Of a stretch of DNA of 64,000 nt, positions 9,772 through 18,961 are shown one piece after another (within the stretch, counting starts at the first letter, position 1; the number at the start of each line of letters is the position of its first letter). The notes beneath the pieces are model-generated. The model was not told the DNA's origin, did no database searches, and saw nothing but the letters and a program-made list of their open reading frames with translations. The stretch lies in IMG/VR virus record IMGVR_UViG_3300045975_000444, positions 1 through 64,000 of that record; one strand, 5' to 3'. Source of the stretch: a virus. The translations under genes were made by a program, and so were the position numbers.

Positions 9772-11340
9772 ATGCAGACGATGAAAACCCCGAGCGAAGA
9801 GTCCACCGTCGAGCCGTCCGTTAGCACGGCGCTCGACAAGTTCAAGCTTTCACGCGCGACCGGCGTCCCGCTGGTCGCCCTGGAGACAGCCGACGCGCCC
9901 GCGTTCCTGGCGGCCCTCGCCGAGCTGTGCAACGGAGCGACCCCGCTCGTCCGCTGGGACTGCGTCCGCGGCCTTGTCGGCGTGAACGACGCCGGCCGCG
10001 AAGCGGTCCGGGTCGCGCTCGACCCGCTTACCGGCGACAAGATCGTTCAGGCGCCCGATGCGCTGAAGGTCGCCGTCAAGTTCCCGGATCGGTCGATCCT
10101 CTATTTCACCGGACTCGACCGGCTCCTACAGACGAGCGACGCGCGCCTCGCCGCGCTCGTGATCCAGGGCATCGCGAACCTCCGCGACCCCTTCAAGGGC
10201 TCCGGCCGGACGCTCATCATCGCGACGCCCGGCTGGAACGCCCCGACCGAGCTGGGCGGCAACGTGCTCCTCATCCGCGACCCGCTGCCGACCTCGGCCG
10301 AGCTTCAAGCGGTCGTCGACGGCATCGCCAACTCGGCCGCAATCGAGCTGGACGACGCCGCGCGAAAGCGCGCCGTCGACGCGCTCGTCGGCCTGCCGAA
10401 GTTCGACGCCGAGCAAGCGGCGGCCCTCTCCGTCCACCCCGATGGAGACGGGTCGAGCGCACTCGTGCTCGACGAGGCGCTCCTCTGGGAGCGCAAGCGC
10501 GACGCGATCAACGCGTGCCCCGGCCTCTCCGTCTACGAGGGCGCCGAGGACTTCGCCGCGATCGCGGGCGTCGAGAACGCCAAGGGGTTCTTCCGGCGCG
10601 TGATTGACGCCGACCTCTACAACGCGTTCATTTTCGTGGACGAGATCGAGAAGGCCGTGCCCGCCTCGGGCGCGGGCGACACGTCCGGTAGCTCGCAGGA
10701 GATCCTCCGAGGACTCCTGACCGAGCTTCAGGACGCCCCGGCCTACTCCGGGTCGATCTTTCTCGGGCCTCCGGGCGCGGCGAAGAGCGCGCTCGCCAAG
10801 GCCCTCGGCGCCGAGTCCGGAAAGCCCGTGATCGCCTTCGATCTCAACGGCTGCAAGGGCTCGCTGGTCGGCGAGACGGGCCGGAATCTCCGGCGCGCGC
10901 TCGCAACCATCCGCTCGATCTCGGGCGGCAAAGCGTGCTGGATCGCGACCTGTAATGCGATCGACTCGCTCAAGCCCGAGCTACGGCGGCGCTTCAAGCT
11001 CCCCGTCTTCTACTTCGAGGCGCCTGCATTGGAGGAGCAGCAAGCCATCGCTGACCTCTACGAGAAGCGCTTCGGCGTCGACCTCTCGGGCCTGCCGCTC
11101 GGGAAGTTCACCGGCGCCGAGATCCGCGCCGCGGCTGAGCTGGTTCGAGACCTCAAGGTCCCGGCCGCCGAGGCAGCCGGCTACATCGTCCCCGTCGCCG
11201 TGTCGGCGCGGGAAGAACTCGAACGCCTGGAGGCTCAAGCCGACGGGCGCTTCGTCTCCGCCAACCGGCCCGGCGTCTACCGGCGCCCGGTCTACGAGGC
11301 GGCAATGGAAGGAGGAAGGAGATTCAATGCGGCTCTGTAG
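9772..11340 (+). CDS. Ycf46-like AAA+ ATPase with permuted Walker motifs
   Basis: N-domain like Ycf46 (VRWDCVRGL, NLRDPFK); FIFVDEIEK precedes GPPGAAKS; SLVGET pore loop, IATCN sensor-1, ELRRRF, FTGAEI. Confidence 0.85.
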   Translation: MQTMKTPSEESTVEPSVSTALDKFKLSRATGVPLVALETADAPAFLAALAELCNGATPLVRWDCVRGLVGVNDAGREAVRVALDPLTGDKIVQAPDALKVAVKFPDRSILYFTGLDRLLQTSDARLAALVIQGIANLRDPFKGSGRTLIIATPGWNAPTELGGNVLLIRDPLPTSAELQAVVDGIANSAAIELDDAARKRAVDALVGLPKFDAEQAAALSVHPDGDGSSALVLDEALLWERKRDAINACPGLSVYEGAEDFAAIAGVENAKGFFRRVIDADLYNAFIFVDEIEKAVPASGAGDTSGSSQEILRGLLTELQDAPAYSGSIFLGPPGAAKSALAKALGAESGKPVIAFDLNGCKGSLVGETGRNLRRALATIRSISGGKACWIATCNAIDSLKPELRRRFKLPVFYFEAPALEEQQAIADLYEKRFGVDLSGLPLGKFTGAEIRAAAELVRDLKVPAAEAAGYIVPVAVSAREELERLEAQADGRFVSANRPGVYRRPVYEAAMEGGRRFNAAL

Positions 11341-11869
11341 GCGATGCGATCGCCTACTCGCCGAGGCGGCCTTCACTCGCGGCCAGACATTGTGCCGCGA
11401 GTGTCGCGCCGCCTACACGCGAGCCTATCGGCTCCGCCCGGAAGTTCGCGCGCGGCGCAAGCTGGAGCGCGAACGGGCGAGCCCTGAATCAAAGGAGCGC
11501 AAGCGCCGATACGATGCTGCCTGGCGAAAGCGCTCGCCGAAGTACGAAGCGGCCGTCAAACGCTACTGGCAATCGGAGAAGGGGAAGGCGGCGCGCAAGC
11601 GCTTCTTCTCTTCGCCGAAGGGCAAGGCGGCGCGGTCTCGCGGGAACGCCCGCGAGCGCGCTGTCCACCCTGACCGCGCGCGCGCCCGGATCGCCGTCAT
11701 CAAGGCGGTCCAGCGCGGCAAGCTGACCCGGCCAGACGCCTGCGAACGATGCGGCGTCGCCTGTCAGCCCGAGGGTCACCATCACCATGGATACGCAGCG
11801 CGGCTGGACGTCGTCTGGCTCTGCAAGCGCTGCCACAACGAGGCAACTCAGAAGGAACGGAGGTCCTAA
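11327..11869 (+). CDS. HNH-like Zn-finger endonuclease
   Basis: CxxC pairs; AVQRGKLTRPDACERCG...EGHH..GY..LDVVWLCKRCH. Confidence 0.75.
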   Translation: MRLCRRCDRLLAEAAFTRGQTLCRECRAAYTRAYRLRPEVRARRKLERERASPESKERKRRYDAAWRKRSPKYEAAVKRYWQSEKGKAARKRFFSSPKGKAARSRGNARERAVHPDRARARIAVIKAVQRGKLTRPDACERCGVACQPEGHHHHGYAARLDVVWLCKRCHNEATQKERRS

Positions 11870-12223
11870 ATGCCCTGCTGGGAAATTCAGACGACCAGCG
11901 TTTCGCTGGAGGCGAGCGACCGCGCGCTTCTGCGCGACGCGCTCATGAAGCTCGCGGGCGAGGGCCGGCTCTCCGGGCTCGTCACGCAAGGCGAGACCAT
12001 CGCCGGCTACGTCGGGGCGTCGGGCGTGAAGATCGACCTCGCGAGCGGACAGCTCACGGTCAACGCCTGGCAGCAGACCGGCGGGCCGAGCGAGGCCGCG
12101 CGCGTCCGCAACGTGATCCAGAAGGCCTACGCGCACGAGGTCGTGCACGCGGCCGCCAACGAGTTCGGGCTCACCCTGGAGCCCGGCGAGACCGCCGACG
12201 AGTACGTGCTCGTCGGCCTTTGA
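11870..12223 (+). CDS. DUF1257/Ycf35-like protein
   Basis: DRALLRDAL...IQKAYAHEVVHAAANEFG; context next to a Ycf46-like ATPase. Confidence 0.6.
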   Translation: MPCWEIQTTSVSLEASDRALLRDALMKLAGEGRLSGLVTQGETIAGYVGASGVKIDLASGQLTVNAWQQTGGPSEAARVRNVIQKAYAHEVVHAAANEFGLTLEPGETADEYVLVGL

Positions 12224-12235
12224 TGGAGAAAGCAA

Positions 12236-12463
12236 GTGAAAGACGCCTTCAAGCTCCGCATCCGCGAGGATGGCTCCTCGGTCGTGACGTCCGAGGGCTT
12301 CTCCGGCGAAAAGCATCTCGACGCCGAACAGGTGCGAGCATGGCTCGCCAAGAAGCTCGGCGGCGAGTCGAGCACGGTCCGAAACACCGAAGCTCACAAC
12401 CATGCTCACGACGGAGAGCACGAGCACGACCATGACCATGATCACGAGGAGCACAGCCACTAG
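12236..12463 (+). CDS. DUF2997-like protein with His-rich tail
   Basis: LRIREDGSSVVTSEGFSG...LAKKLG; tail HNHAHDGEHEHDHDHDHEEHSH. Confidence 0.6.
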   Translation: MKDAFKLRIREDGSSVVTSEGFSGEKHLDAEQVRAWLAKKLGGESSTVRNTEAHNHAHDGEHEHDHDHDHEEHSH

Positions 12464-12482
12464 CTCCCAGAAAGGGAATTTC

Positions 12483-12650
12483 ATGAAGTACGCACTGGCG
12501 GCCGCGGCGATCGTGCTCGCGGCCGGAGAGGCCCACGCTCATCACGAGGAAATCGTTCGTCAAGCGGCGATCACGATCGACTTGGGCTGGCCCATCGTCG
12601 TGACCGTCGCGGGCGCGATGGTCGCTTACTTGAAGGCGGCGCTCAGATGA
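12483..12650 (+). CDS. small signal-peptide/membrane protein
   Basis: MKYALAAAAIVLAAGEAHA-H then a TM segment. Confidence 0.55.
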   Translation: MKYALAAAAIVLAAGEAHAHHEEIVRQAAITIDLGWPIVVTVAGAMVAYLKAALR

Positions 12651-12982
12651 GCAACGCCGACTTCAAGAACGAGCGGCTGGAGGCGTTCATCGTCGCCTCC
12701 GGCGAAGTCCCGAAGGAGGTCGGCGAGGCGTTCGTCCGCATGGCGACCGTCGTCGACCAGGAGATGATTCCGCTCTGCGAGCGGCAGCTCGGCCACGGGC
12801 ACCTGGCCTTGACGCTCCTCCTGACCGTGATCGGAGCGAGCGTCCGATCGTGGGAGCCCGAGCCCCGAAAGCAGCTCATGCTCTCCTTCGCCGAGGCCCT
12901 CGGCATCAAGCTCGCCGAGGCGCCGCGTCGCATCGGCTCGCAGCGCACCCGCCGACCGGGGCGCGGCTACCGGAGCAACTGA
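12647..12982 (+). CDS. hypothetical protein
   Basis: ATGA-coupled ORF. Confidence 0.55.
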   Translation: MSNADFKNERLEAFIVASGEVPKEVGEAFVRMATVVDQEMIPLCERQLGHGHLALTLLLTVIGASVRSWEPEPRKQLMLSFAEALGIKLAEAPRRIGSQRTRRPGRGYRSN

Positions 12983-13033
12983 CCACCCAACCAACCCCGA
13001 CCCGAGAGGGCGGATCAATGAAAGGAACTCACC

Positions 13034-13972
13034 ATGGAGAACCAGAACGGGCGACCCTCGCCCGAGCAGATCAGAAACGCCCTCGTCTTCGTACGCGTCT
13101 CGGCCCACGGTTGGGGATGCAATCGCAAGCTCGCGGAAGACGAGTACGAGACCGAGGGCTCGAAGGAGCTGACCGCGGCGTCCAAGAACTTGACCAAGGA
13201 CGACCGCTACAAGGCGATGCGCCAGCTCGTCCGCGCAACCGACCGCTGGCTCGAAGAGCGCGAGGTCGGGGTCGGCTTCACCGGGCCAGGCGTGCGCGCC
13301 ATCCCGGTCGGCTTGGTCGAGGAGGTCGTCGCCGAGCTGGAGGCGCGGCGAGTTGCCTACTTCGAGGCGGTCCGCGAGTTCATCCGTGCCCTCCCCGAGA
13401 TCAAGGCCAAGGCCGCGCTCCCCAAGGAGGACGGCGGCTTGGGTCCGCTCTACAGCGAGAGCGACTGGCCGGCCGCCGAGGAGATCCAGAAGCGCTACGA
13501 GTTCGACTGGTCGATCTTCGACCAGACCGTGCCCGCCCAGCGCTCGGGCCTCTCCTCGGCGGTGATCGACCGCGAGGCCCAAAAGGCGCGTCAGAAGTGG
13601 GTTGACGCCGCCGGCTCGATCGAGACCGGGCTCTACACCGAGCTTGGAAACTTGGTCGCGCGCCTGGCCGAGCGCCTGACCGACGACAAGGAGACCGGCA
13701 AGGCGCGGGTCTTCCACGAGTCGACGGTCGAGAAGCTCCGGAGCTTCCTGGAGCTTCTGCCCGACCGGAACGTGACCGGGTCGGGCCAGCTCGCCCAAGT
13801 CGCCAAGCGCTGCGAGGCGCTCCTCTCGGGGACCGACGCGCGAGCGATCCGCGACTCCGACTCGCTTCGCGGCAAGCTCCGCGAGGGCTTCCAGGCTGTC
13901 GCCAAGGAGCTGGACGAGACCTCGTCCACCCGGTCGCGACAGTTCAACTTCAACCAGGCCTCCGGCTTCTAG
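13034..13972 (+). CDS. DUF3150-like helical protein
   Basis: VSAHGWGCNRKL...ASKNL...GVRAIP...DWPAAEEIQKRYEF; strong RBS. Confidence 0.55.
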   Translation: MENQNGRPSPEQIRNALVFVRVSAHGWGCNRKLAEDEYETEGSKELTAASKNLTKDDRYKAMRQLVRATDRWLEEREVGVGFTGPGVRAIPVGLVEEVVAELEARRVAYFEAVREFIRALPEIKAKAALPKEDGGLGPLYSESDWPAAEEIQKRYEFDWSIFDQTVPAQRSGLSSAVIDREAQKARQKWVDAAGSIETGLYTELGNLVARLAERLTDDKETGKARVFHESTVEKLRSFLELLPDRNVTGSGQLAQVAKRCEALLSGTDARAIRDSDSLRGKLREGFQAVAKELDETSSTRSRQFNFNQASGF

Positions 13973-14071
13973 CCGGGCGCCGACAAACCGGGGCGAGCGC
14001 TGCTCTCCAGGCGGCGCTCGCCTCGAACCGGGAGCGCGTTCGCATGACCGCTGCCAGAAAGGACCCCTACC

Positions 14072-14470
14072 ATGGAGACCAGGAGCCGAACCGTCGCGCT
14101 CGCGCTCGTCGCGAGCCTACTCGCCTCGGGCTGCGTCGCCGCCCGCCACGTGCCGATCGTCGACCTCCAGGCGAGCCCCGCCGCCGCCGACGGCCGCGAC
14201 TTCAACCAGGACCTCTTCGAGTGCCAGAACTACGCCGAGTCGATCGACCCGGCCGGCCAGGCGCTGGCGGGCGCGGTCGCGGGCGCGCTCTTCAACGCGG
14301 CCCTCGGCGCGGCGCTCGGCGGCATCGTCGGCGACGCCGGCCTCGGCGCGGCCCTTGGAGCGACGTCGGGCGGCATGTACGGTGCCGCGGGCGGCGCCGC
14401 CCAGGCCGAGGCCCGGCGCACCCAGATCGTCAACAACTGCATGCACGGGAGGGGCTGGAATGTCCTCTAG
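14072..14470 (+). CDS. glycine-zipper lipoprotein
   Basis: Lipobox LASGC; GAVAGA..GAALGG..GAALGA; NCMHGRGW. Confidence 0.75.
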   Translation: METRSRTVALALVASLLASGCVAARHVPIVDLQASPAAADGRDFNQDLFECQNYAESIDPAGQALAGAVAGALFNAALGAALGGIVGDAGLGAALGATSGGMYGAAGGAAQAEARRTQIVNNCMHGRGWNVL

Positions 14471-14732
14471 GCTTCGCTGCGCCCGAGCCGAATACGCCCT
14501 CGAAGAGATCCGCAACGAGCACGTGCGCTGCTCGATGGGCGACCTCTCGACCTGCGACTTGATCAAGTGCGAGTGTGGCAACACGGCCGAGGACCAGGGT
14601 TTCTTCCCCTCGGACCTGGACGGCCGCGAGGTCCCCCCCGCGCTACCCAACGTCGATGAGCTGATACAGTGCGATCGCTGCAAGGCGATCTTCAACGCCC
14701 GGACGGGAGCATGCGTCCGAGAACGGAGGTAA
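14460..14732 (+). CDS. Zn-ribbon hypothetical protein
   Basis: CECGN...GFFPSD...CDRC. Confidence 0.55.
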   Translation: MSSRLRCARAEYALEEIRNEHVRCSMGDLSTCDLIKCECGNTAEDQGFFPSDLDGREVPPALPNVDELIQCDRCKAIFNARTGACVRERR

Positions 14733-14734
14733 CC

Positions 14735-15004
14735 ATGGAGACCCTTCCCCATTCCGAGGTCGTCGAGCGCACCGCCCGGCTCTGCGACTCAATCAACCGC
14801 GAGCTGGCCGGGCTCGGCGACGGCGCGGCGCTGGCCGTGCCGTTCCTGCTCGGCTGGTTCGTCGCGCAGCTCGCCAAGGCCCAGGCGAGCGACCCGGCCG
14901 GCGAGCAGGACCTGGCGCTCGAAGCGATCGTCGCGCACGTCAGACGGGCGTGGGCGGACGCCGTCCGCCGGGCGGACGCCGACAAGGCCGGCGACCTGCA
15001 CTGA
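14735..15004 (+). CDS. hypothetical protein
   Basis: GGAGGT RBS. Confidence 0.55.
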   Translation: METLPHSEVVERTARLCDSINRELAGLGDGAALAVPFLLGWFVAQLAKAQASDPAGEQDLALEAIVAHVRRAWADAVRRADADKAGDLH

Positions 15005-15121
15005 CCGGCAATGTCACTCTGGACAAGCCCCGCCCGGTTATGTCTTACATAGACAGCCGGGCGCGGGCGCGCCAGGGAAGTCGAGCCCCACCGCGCATCG
15101 GCCCGAAGGGAGGAAAAGCCG

Positions 15122-16597
15122 ATGCAGAGACTCACCATGATCGCAGCGTGCCTGATCGCATCAACGGCGCTCGCCCAGACGCCGGGGCCAACCCCCGACT
15201 CGACGCCGTCCCCCGAGCCCACCATGGAGCCGACCCCCGATCCGACCGCCACCCCGGCCGAGGGCTTCGGCTACGAGCAGCTCAGAGACGAGCAGCGCGA
15301 CCAGAGCGACTACCGAGGCGGGCCGCGCATCTGGTACGGGCAGGCGACCGACTGGCCCGCTGCCGCCGACCTCGTCTGGTACGACCCGATCGCCAACACG
15401 ACGAGCCTCATGTGCTCGGGGACAGTGATCGCGCCGCGCTGGTACTTGACCGCCGCCCACTGCGTCGCGCCCGAGATCATCGGGCTGGGTATCCTCAACC
15501 AGCGCGTCCGCGTCCGGACCCACATCGGTGGAGTGTCGTCACAGCACATCGTCCTCGGCCCGGTCTACCGGCACCCGGTCTACGACCCCAACTCCTGGCC
15601 GGGCGTGGAATACGACTACGCACTCCTCTACTTGATGACGCCGGTCGCCGCCGCACCGGCGACTCTATGGTCGAGGGCGCTGACCAGCGACCTGCAAGGA
15701 ATGCCGCCGCCGCCGGTCGGGGGCGTGCTGAAGACCCAGATCTTCGGCTATGGTGGCACCGAGTTTGGCCCGCCGCCACCTGGGCAAGTGCGCTCCACGA
15801 TCGTCGAGCGGTGCCACCCGACGGAGGTCGGCGCGATGGTCCTCGACATCCTCGGGTTCTACGGCGAGTTCGCGACCCTCGTCGCCGGCTGCGACCTCGG
15901 CGCCGTCGGCTACGGAGCGGGCGTTGACTACGGCGACTCGGGCGGCGGCTGGATCACGAGCGACCTCGACTCCGACGTGGAGGACGAGGAGTTGATCGGC
16001 GTGACGCAGGCGTTTTTGTTCCGAGGCCTCTCGTTCGCGGGCCCCGTGCCAAAGGCGACGCGCTGGATCATCGACACCATCAACGGCGCGAACGGGCGCG
16101 GCTGCCCTGCGACGCCCCTTCTGGGTGGAGTCTGCCAGCCGGGCAATGCGCGCGTGCTGGCGTCGGCCGCGAAGCTCGGCTTCCGCTGGTACGACTCCGA
16201 CACGGCGATGCCGAACGTCTCGATCGGCGCCGGCTGGATGCTCTGCGCGTACTCGGCCGGGACGCTCATCTTGGAGGTGGCGCCGCCGCCGGAGCTGCGC
16301 TGCCGCGGCGGTCGCCCGTGCTGGCGGGTCTCCACGAGCACGCGCTACGCTTCGGCCGCGACGTGGAGCGGCTATGGGTCGATGGACGGCGCCCGCAAGT
16401 TCCAGTTCGCGCAGGGGCTCCCGACACGCCCCGCCGGCCGCGTCACGGTGTCGGTCAGCCCAGCCGTGATGCCACCAGGGAACTCGCTCCGCGTGCAAGC
16501 CCACATGAGCGGCGGCTGCGTCGACGCCTACTTCGCAAACAACCTGGAGACGCGCCGCCCCGACACGCGCTTCCGCGGGTCGGTCAGCGCCAACTAG
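15122..16597 (+). CDS. secreted trypsin-like (S1) serine protease with Cys-containing C-terminal domain
   Basis: Signal peptide ending ALA; Pro/Thr linker; CSGTVIAPRWYLTAAHC, DYALL, GDSGG catalytic triad. Confidence 0.9.
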   Translation: MQRLTMIAACLIASTALAQTPGPTPDSTPSPEPTMEPTPDPTATPAEGFGYEQLRDEQRDQSDYRGGPRIWYGQATDWPAAADLVWYDPIANTTSLMCSGTVIAPRWYLTAAHCVAPEIIGLGILNQRVRVRTHIGGVSSQHIVLGPVYRHPVYDPNSWPGVEYDYALLYLMTPVAAAPATLWSRALTSDLQGMPPPPVGGVLKTQIFGYGGTEFGPPPPGQVRSTIVERCHPTEVGAMVLDILGFYGEFATLVAGCDLGAVGYGAGVDYGDSGGGWITSDLDSDVEDEELIGVTQAFLFRGLSFAGPVPKATRWIIDTINGANGRGCPATPLLGGVCQPGNARVLASAAKLGFRWYDSDTAMPNVSIGAGWMLCAYSAGTLILEVAPPPELRCRGGRPCWRVSTSTRYASAATWSGYGSMDGARKFQFAQGLPTRPAGRVTVSVSPAVMPPGNSLRVQAHMSGGCVDAYFANNLETRRPDTRFRGSVSAN

Positions 16598-16612
16598 GGG
16601 AGAGCCAAACCC

Positions 16613-17053
16613 GTGAAACCATTGAAGCCATTCCTCGTGATCGCCGGCCTCCTCCTCGCCGCCAACGCCCACGCCGTGAGCGCTCGGCTCACGAGCGCGG
16701 GCGGGCGGGTCGCCATCGCCAAGGGCGAGGTCTACGCCTGGACCTCCAGGCGGTTTCGCGGCGACCCGAGCGTCTGCATCTACCGGCGAGGTGAGATCGT
16801 CTTCGGCTGCCCGACCGAATGCGGCGGCGCCTATCCGCCACACCTTCAGACCAACGTGCCACTCGCCTCGGCCAGGGCGGCCGCCAGGGCGATCGCGGCT
16901 CACGGCGAGCCGCTGATCGAGGCCGCCGCCGAAGCTTTCGCGTTCCTGTCGACGGTCGAGTCGCGCCTCTGCCTCGCGAACATCTGCTACAGGCCAGACG
17001 GCGTGCCCTGGCGCTGCGGCTGCCCGGCGTTCGCCTGCCGGCCGCCGCCGTGA
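16613..17053 (+). CDS. secreted Cys-rich protein
   Basis: MKPLKPFLVIAGLLLAANAHA signal; several Cys. Confidence 0.65.
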   Translation: MKPLKPFLVIAGLLLAANAHAVSARLTSAGGRVAIAKGEVYAWTSRRFRGDPSVCIYRRGEIVFGCPTECGGAYPPHLQTNVPLASARAAARAIAAHGEPLIEAAAEAFAFLSTVESRLCLANICYRPDGVPWRCGCPAFACRPPP

Positions 17054-17086
17054 GCCCGGCCCCTGACCGCCCGTCCCGGCGATGTC

Positions 17087-17638
17087 TTACGGCGTCGGGC
17101 GGTCGCGCTTCCCCTCGAACGTGCCCTCTGGACGCCCGGAGACTGCCCTGGCGGCCCGCTTCCCCCCGACCAGGGTGATCGGCCGGACCGGCCGGTAGCG
17201 GCTCGCCATGGAAGCGGGCAGCGCGGCGAAGGCGATGACCGTCCGCGGGTCCGGGCCGACCTCGACGCCCGAGATCTGCCACTCGACCTGAGCGTCGTCC
17301 TCCCAGAGCACGCCGGTCCCGGAATCGATTGCGAGCTTTACGAGATTGTCGACGTCACAGTGCAGGCGATCGCGGCGGACGAAGTGGAAGGCGGCGGCGA
17401 CCGAGCCGCGGAGCATCTCGCCCCGGTAGGCGAGGCGCATGAGCCAGCGCAGCTCGCGCTCGTCGGCGTCGCTCGGCGTGAAGCGGCCCGAGTTCGAGCG
17501 CGGCACTCGCACACGTGCCTTCGGGACCGGGTTGCCGGGGAAGGCGAGCACGGTCATCGGCAAGCCATGGACGCCCGGCTCAAGGAGGACCCCGACGAGC
17601 GCCGCGAGCATCGCCTCGGCACGCTTCGATCGGTTCAT
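17087..17638 (-). CDS. rusA: RusA-family Holliday junction resolvase (start uncertain)
   Basis: GNPVPKARVR...CDVDNLVKLAIDSGTGVLWEDDAQV. Confidence 0.85.
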   Translation of the reverse strand: MNRSKRAEAMLAALVGVLLEPGVHGLPMTVLAFPGNPVPKARVRVPRSNSGRFTPSDADERELRWLMRLAYRGEMLRGSVAAAFHFVRRDRLHCDVDNLVKLAIDSGTGVLWEDDAQVEWQISGVEVGPDPRTVIAFAALPASMASRYRPVRPITLVGGKRAARAVSGRPEGTFEGKRDRPTP

Positions 17639-17641
17639 TGA

Positions 17642-17657
17642 CGTTTCACGTGAAACG
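17642..17657. promoter_or_regulatory. parS-like palindrome
   Basis: CGTTTCACGTGAAACG, perfect palindrome; inner 14 bp match the consensus TGTTTCACGTGAAACA. Confidence 0.65.
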
Positions 17658-17708
17658 GCCCGCCGACCGTCGAGCCCATCTCGACGGTCGCGGGCCGTTT
17701 TTCTTTTG
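17653..17708. terminator. intrinsic terminator-like hairpin
   Basis: AAACGGCCCG...CGGGCCGTTTTTCTTTT. Confidence 0.65.
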
Positions 17709-17751
17709 GCGCCCAATGGCGCCCCGCTTCACAAGGACCCGAGGCGCGAGT

Positions 17752-18942
17752 CTACTTGACCCGGCGCCGGCCGTCGAGCGCGGCACGGCGTGCCGCCTCG
17801 CCGACGATCGAGGCGAGCGCGAAGTTGGCCTCGTCGCCGGGCTGGAAGTAGACCCGCATCGTCAGGCTCGGGTCCTGATGGCCGATCGCCGTCGCCAGCT
17901 CGTGGACCGGGACGCCGGACTTCACGAGGATCGTCGCGTAGGTGTGGCGCAGGCCATGGAAGGTCACGCGCCCGAAGATCCGCGCGCGCTTGGCGACGCT
18001 CGGGATCGTCCGGTTGGTCACGTTGTGGGCGTCGATCGGCGTGCCCGTCCGGGTCGGGAAGAGGAGCGCCCGCGGATTGTTGCCGGCAAGCTGCGCCTCC
18101 TTGGCCGAGCGGACCTGCTCCGAGAGGCGCGAGACCATGTCGGGCGGGATCGCCTGCGTTCGCTTCGAGCGCTCGCTCTTGGGCGCGTCGAAGTCGAAGC
18201 CGCCGCCCCGCTCTCTCCGCTTGCGCACCCGGTGATCGATCCGGAAGGTCGCGGCCGCGAAGTCGAGCTGCTCGATCCGAAGCCCGACCGCCTCCGAGGG
18301 CCGAAGCCCGCTCTTCACCGCCAGCTCCAGCACGAGGCCCCGCGCGCCCTCCTCGGGTAACGCCCGCAGGAAGCGCTCGACCTCCTCGGGCGGGAGCGCC
18401 CGGTGCGGGCGGCGCTTGGGCTTCGGCAGCTCGATCCTGGCCTTGGTCGGGTCGTACTTGAGGCGCCACGGGTCGCCGATCGCCCAGCCGAAGGTCTGCC
18501 GCAGGATGCCGTGGAACTGCTGAACGAAGCGGGCGCCGCCGCCCGGCCGCTTGGCGGCGATCGCCCGGTAGACCTCGGCCAAGTCATGGACGTCGTCGGC
18601 CCGGCGGTCCCGGAAGCCCGGCACCAGCGCAAACGCGCGCCCGGCGATGTCGGCGTATTCGGCCTTGGTCATCGCCCGGAGCTTGCCGTTCTTCACGCGC
18701 TCGTCGGCGACGTGCTTGAACCAGTCGACGACGAGCTGGCCGACCGTCGGGACCAGGGGCTCGGGCGGCCCGCGCTCGGCGACCATCCGGGCCAGCTCGC
18801 GCTCGGCCGCCGGGCGCGGGCCATGGAAGACCCGGTCGTCGTAGCACGCCTTGAGCGAGAGCTTGTCGCGCCCCTGGTACACCCGCAGCCGGTAGCCGTC
18901 GCCCCCGAGCGCGCGAATCGAGCCCTTCAACCGTCGTCCCAT
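17752..18942 (-). CDS. int: tyrosine integrase
   Basis: SGLRPSE, PKS, HGLRHTYAT, IGHQDPSLTMRVY; N-terminal arm-binding GSIR..YRLRV; GGAGGG RBS before ATG 18942. Confidence 0.95.
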   Translation of the reverse strand: MGRRLKGSIRALGGDGYRLRVYQGRDKLSLKACYDDRVFHGPRPAAERELARMVAERGPPEPLVPTVGQLVVDWFKHVADERVKNGKLRAMTKAEYADIAGRAFALVPGFRDRRADDVHDLAEVYRAIAAKRPGGGARFVQQFHGILRQTFGWAIGDPWRLKYDPTKARIELPKPKRRPHRALPPEEVERFLRALPEEGARGLVLELAVKSGLRPSEAVGLRIEQLDFAAATFRIDHRVRKRRERGGGFDFDAPKSERSKRTQAIPPDMVSRLSEQVRSAKEAQLAGNNPRALLFPTRTGTPIDAHNVTNRTIPSVAKRARIFGRVTFHGLRHTYATILVKSGVPVHELATAIGHQDPSLTMRVYFQPGDEANFALASIVGEAARRAALDGRRRVK

Positions 18943-18961
18943 CGGAGCCCTCCTGGCGCCC

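Noticed and set aside
17083-17090. TGTCTTAC copy as an operator
   Set aside because: It overlaps the rusA stop at a convergent junction and lacks the ACAT ending; probably coincidental
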